Source: Octopus sinensis | Taxonomy: Eukaryota | Assembly: GCF_006345805.1 (NCBI RefSeq) | Contig: NW_021833735.1 | Location: 3,399 to 67,398, forward strand | Length of the DNA stretch: 64,000 bases | Direction of reading: 5' to 3' | Part shown: piece after piece, positions 52,436 to 64,000 of the stretch | Position numbering within the stretch: the first letter of the stretch is position 1 | Layout of the letters: each line of letters opens with the position of its first letter | The notes under the pieces: generated by a model | Told to the model about the DNA's origin: nothing | The model's database searches: none | Seen by the model: the letters and a program-made list of their open reading frames with translations, nothing else | Translations under genes and position numbers: made by a program

Positions 52436-54374
52436 TACGTCGATGTTAAATTTTCTAATCTTAGATAATATGTTAACGGGTGAGATCTCAAGTCTGTATC
52501 TTGTTATAATATTCCAAATACCCACGGCTGTATGAATGCCTGAATAATAAATATCTTTGCGGCTTAAACCTTACATTTGACACAATATTGTGACAAGAAC
52601 ATCATTAATTCATTATATTAAGCTTGTGTTTCAAATGAAATTTTTTCCCAATAACTTCACACACACGTAAACATATATACATATATATATATATATGTGT
52701 GTGTTTGTGTGTGTGTGTGTGTGTGTATTGTCGAGTGTTTTTTTTCCTGGAAACTTGCGAATATTCTTTCTATATGAATTCGATATTTTCAATTGAATTT
52801 AATTTATTCCATTATTCCATTATTCCAACAAACAAATTCATTATTCCAATCTGTATTGAACCAAACAATGGATCAAGGACGTATAAATGTTAGGGAGGCG
52901 GACGGGCAGAGGTGGCGGTGTCGGCGGCGGAAATGCAGCAATCACGTCTGTCTTTGATAAGGATCTATGGGTTTGGCCGTGCTGTTAAATTAGGAATAAT
53001 CGATATTATTTTGATTAGAACACTTTACAGAAATTGTAACATGATTTAGAATTTGGTGAAAATAAAATTGTTAATTTTCAAATCGGTGATAGAACATTGA
53101 TCTGGTAATTTATTCAAAAAATTATCGATATGTTTGTATACAGTTGTAGAGACGAGAGTTCTAATATTTTGTAGAAGGACCCTAGATTTACAGAAACGTA
53201 TTCTTTTTAAAAAGATTTAATTTCTAATTTTACAGTTTCGAAATCGCTTAGATATTTTGAATATTTTCTGATAAAATTCTTTTAAATATAAGATTTTGCA
53301 CCATTTCCAAGCAACATGATTTTTAAGACCTTCCAAAGAATTTTTCAGTCATCTTCTTCAATAACTTCGTTTATAGACATCAAAGTGATGTTGGTAATTT
53401 CTCTAAGGACATCAGAATTTGGGGGGAATTATTAAAAGATTGGATCTTATCCTTTTCGTTTGAAATGTCCGATTTTGTTGAAATTTTCTACACTGATGTA
53501 GTTTTGCATGCTAATTGCCAAAATTTCAATCATTTTTACATTAATAGCAAAGTTACAAACTTTTAAAGTTGGAAAGTTTTGCTTTTTCCTTTCAATAGGA
53601 AAACTCCGTTATCGACTTATCGACATACCATGAGTCACAATTTCCATGTGAGAATGAAAGCAAAATCAAAACAGCACGAAACATTGAAAGATTTTCATTT
53701 ATTTATTCATTTATTTATTGGATAAATAATAAAAGTTTACTGAAAGGTAATTAAAACATTACGAAATGCCTTTAAGGATGAAGATACCACCTTGAACGAA
53801 AAAAGTTAAGAGCTAAAAGAAAAGTCATTCCCTAAATGATATTTAAATGATGGATACAATTCTTTGAAAGACGTATATTCTGTTGGAATTGAATAAAGCC
53901 GCCCAGAATACAAAATAAATTGGAATTAATGGTATAGGTCTCATGCTAATTACAATTACGATCTCTTAGTCGATATATATCTAAAGCTCAGCTTAACGAG
54001 CTAGCAGGCAGTGGCCATACATTCATACACCAAAGTTAACGAATATGTAATAGGTACGGCTTTAGCCATTGTCTGTCCGCAGATGTATAGTTTATAGCCA
54101 TGTCCGGTAAGTTCACTGGCTTTTGTTTGTTTTATTATTGTGGGTTTTTTTTTCAATAAAATAGTTTTCAACTATTATTGTTGCGCAAATAGTAGAAAGG
54201 ATATTTTTCAATTGATTAACAAAACCACCTTACCCGCTCTTCTCAATTACCAACTTCGTTATTAACCAGAATAATTAAGAGTTAGTTTGCAACTAATTTT
54301 TGTTATTAACGTAGTGTCTGGTTTTGCTAAAAGTAGCGACTAACTCTTCCTCAGAATCAGACACGCAGGGATAT

Positions 54375-54690
54375 GTAGACTGGCACTCCGTCGGTTACCA
54401 CGATGAGTACTCCAGTTGAACCGATCAACGAACAGCCCGCTTGTAAAATTAACAAGCAAGTGGCTGAGTACTCCACAGATACGCGTACTCTTAACGTAGT
54501 TCTCAAGGACATTCAGCATAATACAGACTGTGGCAAGGTTGGCTCCTTTTGAGTTGCAGGCACTAATCATTTTTGCCAGGTGAGTGAACTCGAACAACAT
54601 GAAATAAAGTGTCTTGTAGAAGTGCGCAATGCGCCACCGGGAATCGAAATCAAAACCTTACGATCGTGAGTCAAATGCCTTCACAACCAA
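54375..54690 (-). mobile_element. tRNA-derived SINE, family E
   Basis: Minus strand has B-box-like ggttttgatttcgattcccgg and caagacactttatttcatgttg; a related fragment lies at about 19080-19120. Confidence 0.75.
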
Positions 54691-54924
54691 CATTCATAAT
54701 CGGTGATATATTACCACAACTTGATAATGGAATTAGGAACCAACGGGTTGACCTTAATGCAGTTTCTGGATTTGCTTAAAGTAACAGCCAAGACTTCCTC
54801 AAACCAGACACACGCAGAGAGGTAAAAGAAGGATTATGCGAGAGAAGGACACATTCAGTAATGTCTAGTATCTGCTGTTTGTATTTCTACTGGAGGCCTT
54901 AAACATTTTTTTAAGGTGGAGGCA

Positions 54925-55255
54925 AGTCGATTACATCGACCCCAGTGCGTAACTGGTACTTATTTCATCGACCCCGAAAGGATGAAAGGGAAAGCCGACC
55001 TGGGCGGAATTAGATCTCAGAACGTAACGGCAGACGAAATACTTATTTCTTTACTACTCACAAGGGGCTAAACACAGAGGGCAAACAAGGACAGACAAAC
55101 GGGTTAAGTTGGGTATATCGACCCCAGTGCGTAACTGGTACTTAATTTATCGACCCCGAAAAGCAAAGTCGACTTCGGTGGAATTTGAACTCAGAACGTT
55201 ACGGCAGACGAAATACTGCTAAGCATTTCGACCGGTGTGCTAACGATTCTGCCTT
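54925..55255 (-). mobile_element. Two adjacent SINE family C copies
   Basis: cgaccccagtgcgtaactggtactta...ctcagaacgtaacggcagacgaaatac occurs twice. Confidence 0.88.
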
Positions 55256-56382
55256 ATATGCACTGGGGAATAATGGACGCGACCAGTTGATGGTTAAGCC
55301 AATTTGGTCAGAGCTAACTTGTGGCTTAACAACAACAATAACGATGACCAAGAAGACTACAACAACAACAACATTTAAAACAGCAGCAACAACATCGACA
55401 TGAACAACAGGACGAGAGAGAGGCTGCATCTTCTCTCTGTCCCATCAAACTATTCTGAAAGAGGTCACGTGAGCGATATGTTGTGTATGTTGTATGTTTT
55501 GAGCTCTTACATTGAGAACCAATCTGGATGAATAGTGTGTATGTGTGTTTGTGTGTGAGTGTGTACACGTGTGTGTGTTTGTGTGAGAGGGGAGAGAGGT
55601 GTGTGTATCGGAGCGACGAGTCACGGAACTTCACGTCAAAACTTCGGTTGACTTAGCCGTTCGATACAGGAGAAATCAATAAAGTAATTAACTTGTCTGA
55701 AATGAATATCGATCCATATGATCGATTAAAACAACCTGTGAAAGCACCACCCCCACCAACATGAACATGGTCTACGCGGTATATAAACATATATATATAT
55801 ATATATATATATACACTCTTTTAAAGCACACACACAAACACACACGTACATGTGCGTATATATATATATATGTGTGTGTGTGGTGTGTGTGTGTATATAT
55901 TATATATATATATATACATACATATATATATACATCATAATCTTATACATATGTGTGTACGTATGTGCGCGACGTCTGTGTGTGTGTGTTGTGTAGCAAA
56001 TAGAGGGAGCAACTTGAAGTGAACATGGCTTTAATGAGGTGGGCTGGAGTGCGTTTCATTGTTGCTCAGAATCGAAGCATGTCCCAGATTTGTTGCTCAG
56101 CCACCTGGAACTGGCCATGTGGAGCCTTTAGACACTTACAAATTGGATCAATCCTATTTTCCATACAACTTAGAATACAATAAAACCAACCAGCGTCAAA
56201 CAACCCCATACACGCACACACACACACATCCATGTATAGACGTATATATGTATATGTATAAATATGTAGGTGTCTGTGTGTGCGTTTGTGTATGTGTTAT
56301 ATATACATATATATATATATATATAAGTAGACAATGAATTATCTTATTACGGATAATTCAAAGATAACCGATACCTGGGTAG

Positions 56383-57009
<627 letters not shown>

Positions 57010-57221
57010 ATATATATCAACCAGCTGTCCACACATGCACGCACGCACATGCAGACACGCGCACACACGCGCGCGTACGCTCAAATACATGTACATATGT
57101 GTGTGGTGAGTTTGTGAATACATACACATTACTAATATAAAGTCGTATAACACAATAAATGTATATAGAACCATATATACAAGTATGTATACACGTATCT
57201 ACGTATGTGTGTGTGTATATA

Positions 57222-57667
57222 TTCTTTTATTCTTTTGTTTGTTTCAGTTTCTTGACTGCGGCCATCCTGGAGCACCGACGCTAGTCAGACAAATCGATCC
57301 CAGGACTTATTCTTTGTAAGCCTAGTTCTCATTCCATCGATATCTATTACTGAACCGCTAGCTTACGGAGACGTATACACACTGACATGGGTTGTCAAGT
57401 GATGGTGGGGAGACAAACACGGACACACAAACATACACATACACACACACACAAACACACACACACACGCACGCACACACACATACACACATATATATTT
57501 GTACGACGGGCTTCTTTCAGTTTCCGTCTACGAAAACCACTCACAAGTCTTTGGTCGACACGAGGCGATAGTAGAAGACACTTGCCAAAGGTGCCACGAA
57601 GTGGGACTGAACCTGGAACCATGTCGTTGGTAAGCAAGATTCTTACCACACAGCCACACCTGCGCCT
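57222..57667 (-). mobile_element. Composite SINE family A, full length
   Basis: Tail ttttattcttttgtttgtttcag, body, (CA)n spacer and head ending accacacagccacacctgcgcc. Confidence 0.9.
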
Positions 57668-58020
57668 GCTATATGTATACATACATATGCATGTACATAT
57701 ATATATGTATATGTGTTTGTATGTATTTATTTGTGTGTGTGTGTGTGTGTGTGGTTATATACATACACAACTTAAACACGACACGCGCTGTAAACGCACG
57801 TACACCGACGGTGTACATGTCCAGACACCGCCACCTCCAATACCTACACTAGTAACTCTATTCCACACACAACACTACACACTCACACACACACACTCGC
57901 ACAAGCACACAGATTATACCGTTTCTCACCGCCATCGTTAATATAAACCATTTCAGTACACATCTTATACACACTTCACAATTCGTTCCTATATAGATAT
58001 TGTAATCGCAGACACAGGCA

Positions 58021-58051
<31 letters not shown>

Positions 58052-58599
58052 CGTACACACACACACACACACACACACATACAGACACACATACACATGT
58101 TTAAAGCTTACAATGAAATTTATTCCTATCCATTCAACCGAAACGGTGTCTATAATAGCATGTTGTATAGGTGTACCTATGTGCTGTGAATGAGTGTATA
58201 AAACCATATATGTGTCTGTGTGTGTGTGTGTGTGAGCATTTAATCATATATACAAGTATACACATATATATTTGTAGACCCACACACATGCAAATATATG
58301 CTTATGTGTGTGTGTATAACATGTATACTTAACAACCATAAAATAGCTACTTAAGACTGTTTATGCAGCTGTGAGCACCTACATGGCCATACATTACTAC
58401 AGATATGTACAGATAAGCAAGTGGATATATATATATGTATATATATATATACACATATATAATAACTTGTGTTGGGTGGGGATAGTGTGAAATCATAGGT
58501 GACAGAGAAATAGTTTGTTGAAATTTTATTTAAGGATAATAAAATCCACGACGAATCGTTTCGAAATAGTGCAGAATTTAAGCTACGTCCTTAAGTGAA

Positions 58600-58997
58600 A
58601 GACAGTCTTTGTGCAAAGATTTTTGCCAACATAACATGGCAGTCCTGGTTTAGGACGAATGTTGCTGTAATTTATGTGTGTGTATGCTTGTTGTTGTGTG
58701 TGTTTGTGTGTGTGTGTGTGTTTGTCCCCCCGCCATCGCTTCACAACCGATGCTGGTGTGTTTACGTCCCCGTATTCTGTGCTGATGAAGAGAAATAACC
58801 CGGAAATGGCGATACATAGATATTGTTTAGAGCTGAGTGGGGGTGCTAGATTCCTTGATCGAAAATACACGGACACTTATCGTATCGTATAGCCAGGTGG
58901 AGACGATGACACCTGGGGCTAAATTACAGCAACATTCGTCCGAAACTAGGACTGCCATATTATGTTGACAAAAAATCCTTACTCCAAAGTACTGTTG
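58600..58997. mobile_element. MITE with about 70-bp TIRs carrying a nested SINE A fragment
   Basis: ccaacataacatggcagtcctggtttaggacgaatgttgctgtaattt vs aaattacagcaacattcgtccgaaactaggactgccatattatgttga; SINE body at about 58690-58780. Confidence 0.8.
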
Positions 58998-59104
58998 ACG
59001 AATATCTCTCGTTGTGAGATTTACGAATAGTAATTTTCGAAGTCTTTGTGCATTCCTTATCGTTTTCTCTTGTATTCTGTATTATATACTACATATTCTA
59101 TATG

Positions 59105-59432
59105 TTTCTCGGTTATATGGTAAGTAGCTTGTTTACCAACCACATGGTTATGGGTTCAGTTCCACTGCGTGGCACCTTGCGCAACTGTCTTTTACTATAG
59201 CTATATGTGCGTGTGTGTGTGTGTGTGTGTGTGTCTGTATTTGTCCCCCCCACTATCGCTTGACAACCGACGCTGGTGTGTTTACTACCCCGTAACCTAG
59301 CGCTTCGGCAACGAGGGCAATAGAATAAGTACTAGGCTTACAAATAATAAGTCCTGGGCTCGAGTTATCCGACTAAAGGCGGTGCTTCAGCATGGCCGCA
59401 GTCAAATGACTGAAACAAATAAAAGAATAAAG
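59105..59432 (+). mobile_element. Composite SINE family A (head truncated internally)
   Basis: ggtaagtagcttg...gggttcagttccactgcgtggcacc, (TG)n, body, then tail gaaacaaataaaagaataaa. Confidence 0.9.
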
Positions 59433-59492
59433 GCTTTTATTATGTGTACTAACGGGTTACTTAAATCCGTATATATATATATATATAAATAT

Positions 59493-59662
59493 ACAGAGCC
59501 GTTTCAAGTCCTGGGTCCAGTGGCCAGATGTACGGGATTCTCATTGTTCTAGGGGCCCCCTTCAGATCTATGTATATAGTGGATTGTTGACAATTTAAAT
59601 ATTATAGGGCCCAATTTATTGATTCGTCTGAGGGCTTATAAACCTACTTAGACGGTTTTCTG
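59493..59662. mobile_element. Small hAT-like MITE (tentative)
   Basis: Ends cagagccgtttcaag / cttagacggttttctg are imperfect inverted repeats; internal ggggcccc and gggccc. Confidence 0.4.
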
Positions 59663-60221
59663 TGTGTGTGCGTGCGCATGTGTGTGCGTGCGCATGTGTG
59701 TGCGTGCGCATGTGTGTGCATGTGTGTATCATTTTCTACTTTCGTTCGTCTCAGTTATGCGACTGCGGCCATGCTGGGGCACCAGCGTTATTTTTGCACG
59801 TTTGCATATGTTACTCCTTCGGCTGATTCCTTCAGGATTGTGGTATTTTAAATCTCGACTCCCATATGTGCTGTTACCATGGTTCTTGGCCTATTTGGCG
59901 TTTGTGGGAGTTTGATAGTACAGCCGTCATTTGAACCCTGGGTACAAATGCTGGGTCGTTAGTTCCTTCGGTATTGCCTTCCCTTTTTGAAGCCATCCAC
60001 TTCCACATTGTGTAAGTTTTTCGATTTCGGAGATAGATCATCGAAGAACTAGGGGCCTTTGAACCCCAAGCTAATAACTTGTCATGAACTTTAATGGAAT
60101 GGACGATTTCCCTAATACAATACAACAGCACCCAGTTCGGACATTTGTATAACACTTAATGCCGAATTTAGGTACTAGCCCTTCGAGAACTTTCATATGT
60201 AGACTTATACACATTATATAC

Positions 60222-60263
<42 letters not shown>

Positions 60264-60444
60264 TATATGTGTGTGTGTGTGTGTGGTGTGTGTGTGTGTG
60301 TGTGTGTGTGTGGTATATATATATGAGAGTGTGTGTGTGTTTGTGTGTGAGTGCATGTGTATGTGTGTGTGTATGTATGAATGTATGTCTTGAAAGGAGT
60401 GCTGATAGTATACTCAATCATGTATATATACACACTATATATAT

Positions 60445-60723
60445 ATTCTTTTATTCTTTCAGCCATTTGACTGCAGCACTGAAGTCATGCTGGAGCACCG
60501 CCTTTAGTCGAACAAATCGACCCCAGGACTTATTCTGTGTAACCCTAGTACTTACTGTCGGATCTCTTTTGCCGAACCGCTGCATTACGGGGACGTAAAC
60601 ACACCAACATCGGTTGTCAAGTGATGCTGGTGCGACAAACACACACATATACCAAACATACATACATACATACATACATACATACATACAAACATACATA
60701 AACATATATATATATATAATATA

Positions 60724-60777
<54 letters not shown>

Positions 60778-60846
60778 ACTTTTGTTAGTTTGGTAGTAAT
60801 GACTTTGTCCCTCCTAGTGTGAGGCATTTATGTGTATAATGTCTAT

Positions 60847-60889
<43 letters not shown>

Positions 60890-60909
60890 CATACATACAT
60901 ACATACATA

Positions 60910-60962
<53 letters not shown>

Positions 60963-61120
60963 CATACGACGGGCTTCTTTCAGTTTCCATCTACGAAAAC
61001 CACTCACAAGGCTTTGGTCGGCCCGAGATTATAGTAAAAGCACTTGCCCAAGGTGTCACGCAGAGGAACTGAACCCAGAATCATGTAGTTGGTAAGCAAG
61101 CATCTTACCACACACCTGCG
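60445..61120 (-). mobile_element. Composite SINE family A with expanded internal microsatellite
   Basis: Tail/body 60445-60650, (TA)/(CATA) spacer of about 310 bp, head 60965-61120. Confidence 0.85.
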
Positions 61121-61788
61121 CATATATATAAATATATATATAGAAAAAGAATTATATATGTATATATATATACGAGCATATATATATGTGAGTTTGTATT
61201 TGATTAGGTGTACTATGCGTGCTACATTCAAAGCATTTACGAAGGCTGTAGGGTGTAATAGGGGTAGGCCTGAATACAGTGGAAGTATTATATTCAAAAT
61301 CATTAAATGACACTTTAATACGATAAGCCCGTCGTAATTAATTGGCTGGACAATCATAACGACCGTTTAGACATTGAACAATAGATGACAAGTAGCTATC
61401 GATCGACGGATGGATCGATCCGAGTAGAAGTTGGTCTGTCTGTCCATGTATCAAAAGAATATATAAATGGATTATCACGGAAGAGATTTGCAGGTTATTG
61501 TCGACCCACTGACATGCTGAATCTCAAAGCGTTGTCTTCAAGAAAACAATCATGGTCATGTCCTTTTGTTAGTTAAAGGTTCATAACACACACACACACA
61601 TATATATATGTGTGTGTGTATGTGTGTGTGTTTGTGTGTTTGTGTGTATTTAACTATATCTGTATACATATATATGTAATTATATATGTATGTAATATAT
61701 ATATACAGATGTATGTATGTAGATACATATATGTATGTATATGTATGTATGTATGTATATATGTATGTATGTATGTATATATGCATAT

Positions 61789-61824
<36 letters not shown>

Positions 61825-61931
61825 ATATGATATATATATATAATATATATGCATTGTAAAAAATCTCCAGATATCAAATGACGGGAAAAAAGTAAAAGAT
61901 AAAGATACATATATATATATGTGTATATGTA

Positions 61932-61963
<32 letters not shown>

Positions 61964-61978
61964 GATATATATTATATA

Positions 61979-62069
<91 letters not shown>

Positions 62070-62159
62070 TTATGTAAGTACGATGTATGTATGCATGTGT
62101 GTGTGTATATATATATATATATAATATATATATATTATATATATATATATATACACACT

Positions 62160-62580
62160 ATAGGTGTAAGTGTGGTCGTGTTGTAAGAGGCTTACATCAC
62201 GAGCATATTTTTTGCGGGTGGTTCAGTCCCACTGCGTGGCCCTTGTACAAATCTGTTTTGCTACATCTCGGGCCGTCTGATGCCTAGTAAGTGGATTTGG
62301 TTGATGGAACCTGAAAGAAGTGCCTGTACACGTATCTGTGTGTGTACGTGTGTGTGTGTACGTGCGTGTGTGCGTCTGTGTGTCATTGTCCAACATCACC
62401 TGACAACCTTTGTCGGTTTATTATGTCCACGTAACTTAGCAGTTTAGCAAAAGAGGGCGATGAACTAAGTATCCGGTTTTAAAGCAAATATGCACTATGG
62501 TCTATTTACTTGAATAAAATTTCGTCATCGTGTTGCCCCAGTATGGTCGCAGTCTAGTCACTGAAACAAGCAAAATAATA
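62160..62580 (+). mobile_element. Composite SINE family A, diverged
   Basis: Head, (TG)n spacer and body ending gtcactgaaacaagcaaaataatagaag. Confidence 0.8.
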
Positions 62581-62807
62581 GAAGGACCATAATAAAGAGA
62601 ATGCAAATTATATTGAAATTGTTTTGCAAAGTGTAAACAGGATGTAATAGCGGAGTCAACATGTTCGTTCGACGGGATAACAATGCGTATTGCATCAGAC
62701 GTGATGGTCTCTTCTGGAATTCAATTAGTTTTCCGGAACCTACAACCACGGGCGAAACTTGAAGTCAACTACTAATATTTCATATTAGATACATACAAAC
62801 ATGCATA

Positions 62808-63010
62808 TTCTTTTACTTGTTTCAGTCATTTGACTGCGGCCATGAAGGAGCACCAACTTAAAGAGTTTTTAGTCGAAGAAATAGGCCCCGGGACTTATTC
62901 TTTGTAGGCCTAGTACTTATTTTATATGGCGCTTTTGCTGAACTGCTAATTTAGAGGGACATAAGCACACCAACATCGGTTGTTAAGAAATAGTGGTGGG
63001 AGAACAAACA
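62808..63010 (-). mobile_element. SINE family A body/tail
   Basis: ttttacttgtttcagtcatttgactgcggccatg...caccaacatcggttgttaag. Confidence 0.88.
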
Positions 63011-63155
63011 CAGACACACGCATAAATACATACATACATACATATGTATATATATATTTATATATATATATATAGAGAGAGAGAGCGAGAGAGAGAGAGA
63101 GAGAGAGAGAGTGAAAGACAGACAGACAGAGAGAGAGAGTGAAAGACAGACAGAC

Positions 63156-63188
<33 letters not shown>

Positions 63189-64000
63189 GTGAGTTTGCAA
63201 GAAAGTAATTTCGTTTTTCGCAAATGGAATTACGATTTTTTTTAATGAATTTTGTCAATATTATGATTTCTTTTCCTTTTGACATTTCATAGCCGTTACT
63301 TTTAGCTTACTTTAGAAGCAAATTGCAATTTTGTTTACAACTGTTAGTTCAGTGTAAAATTTAAACATGGTTTGCAAAAACCAACATTTTTGCCATATTT
63401 TGCGTTTTTATTTCTGTAATGATAAGAAAGCTGCTAAGGCTCACAAAGAGATATATGAAGTTTATGGTGTTGATTGCTTAACAGAACGCACGTCAGAAAT
63501 GGTCTTAACAATTCCGTTCTGGAGATTTTTCACTTAAAGATGACCAACGATCTGGTCGTACTACTGAAGTTGATGATGACCGAATCAAAGCTATAATTGA
63601 ATCTGATTGTCATATAACTGTGCGAGAGATTGCAGAGAGACTAAATGTATCACACACAACAATTGCACATCACTTAAAATGTCTTGGACTCGTTTAGAAA
63701 CTCGATATTTATGTTTCACATAAATTGAGAGAGATTCACTTAATATAAGGAATCAATATTTGCGATATGCATCTCAAATGCAATGAAATCGAGCTTTTCT
63801 TTGACATGAATCATAACTGGGGGTGAAAAGTGGATTGTTCACAATAACATCAATCGAAAAGAAAGTGTAACGAACCAGTACAAACCACATAGAAAGCTGA
63901 ATTGCATCAAAAAAGTTCATGTTGTCAATTTGGTGAAATTAAAAAGGTGTTGTGGATTTTGAGCTGCTTCCAAGGAACCCAATGATCAATTCAGATGTTT
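63189..64000 (+). mobile_element. Defective mariner, same family as 36815-37982, cut by the window end
   Basis: TIR gtgagtttgcaagaaagtaatttcgtttt; ATG at 63367 MVCKNQHFCHILRFYFCNDKKAAKAHKEIYEVYG; later ITGGEKWIVHNN; stops and frameshifts. Confidence 0.92.

Noticed and set aside
52920-53700. Unclassified DNA-transposon-like AT-rich block
   Set aside because: No convincing TIR pair, TSD or coding motif could be established by eye.
59874-60200. ORF or RT-like fragment (NVRTGCC)
   Set aside because: Single weak motif with no flanking RT signatures.

Overview
Eukaryotic, AT-rich, repeat-saturated DNA with no confidently identifiable host exon, so most likely intergenic or deep intronic. The mix of very dense (TA)n/(CA)n/(GATA)n/(CATA)n microsatellites and several tRNA-derived SINE families resembles an Octopus (coleoid cephalopod) genome; this is an inference from recognised repeat families. 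Almost every ORF in the supplied track is a microsatellite translation artefact. Recognisable content: about 20 SINE copies or fragments from four families; mariner (DD34D) copies at about 16.2-16.9, 36.8-38.0, 43.9-44.6 and 63.2-64.0 kb; a maT-like (DD37D) remnant; a 5'-truncated Tx1/L1-clade LINE inside a (GATA)n array plus a second fragment; an R4/Dong-like RT fragment; a Penelope-like (PLE) GIY-YIG remnant; many fold-back palindromes and MITEs; and a 17-bp minisatellite apparently grown out of a transposon TIR. The most interesting structure is a pair of related tandem arrays (about 545-bp unit x4.2 at 21.65-23.93 kb; about 559-bp unit x2.5 at 26.45-27.83 kb). Both sit in (TA)n, both stop at the same unit position, they flank the PLE remnant, and each unit carries a candidate type-I hammerhead ribozyme with a palindromic stem III and compensatory base changes between the two subfamilies. 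This is a possible retrozyme/circular-RNA-type element; the ribozyme core has non-canonical positions and is untested. Coordinates were read by eye and repeat boundaries are approximate.
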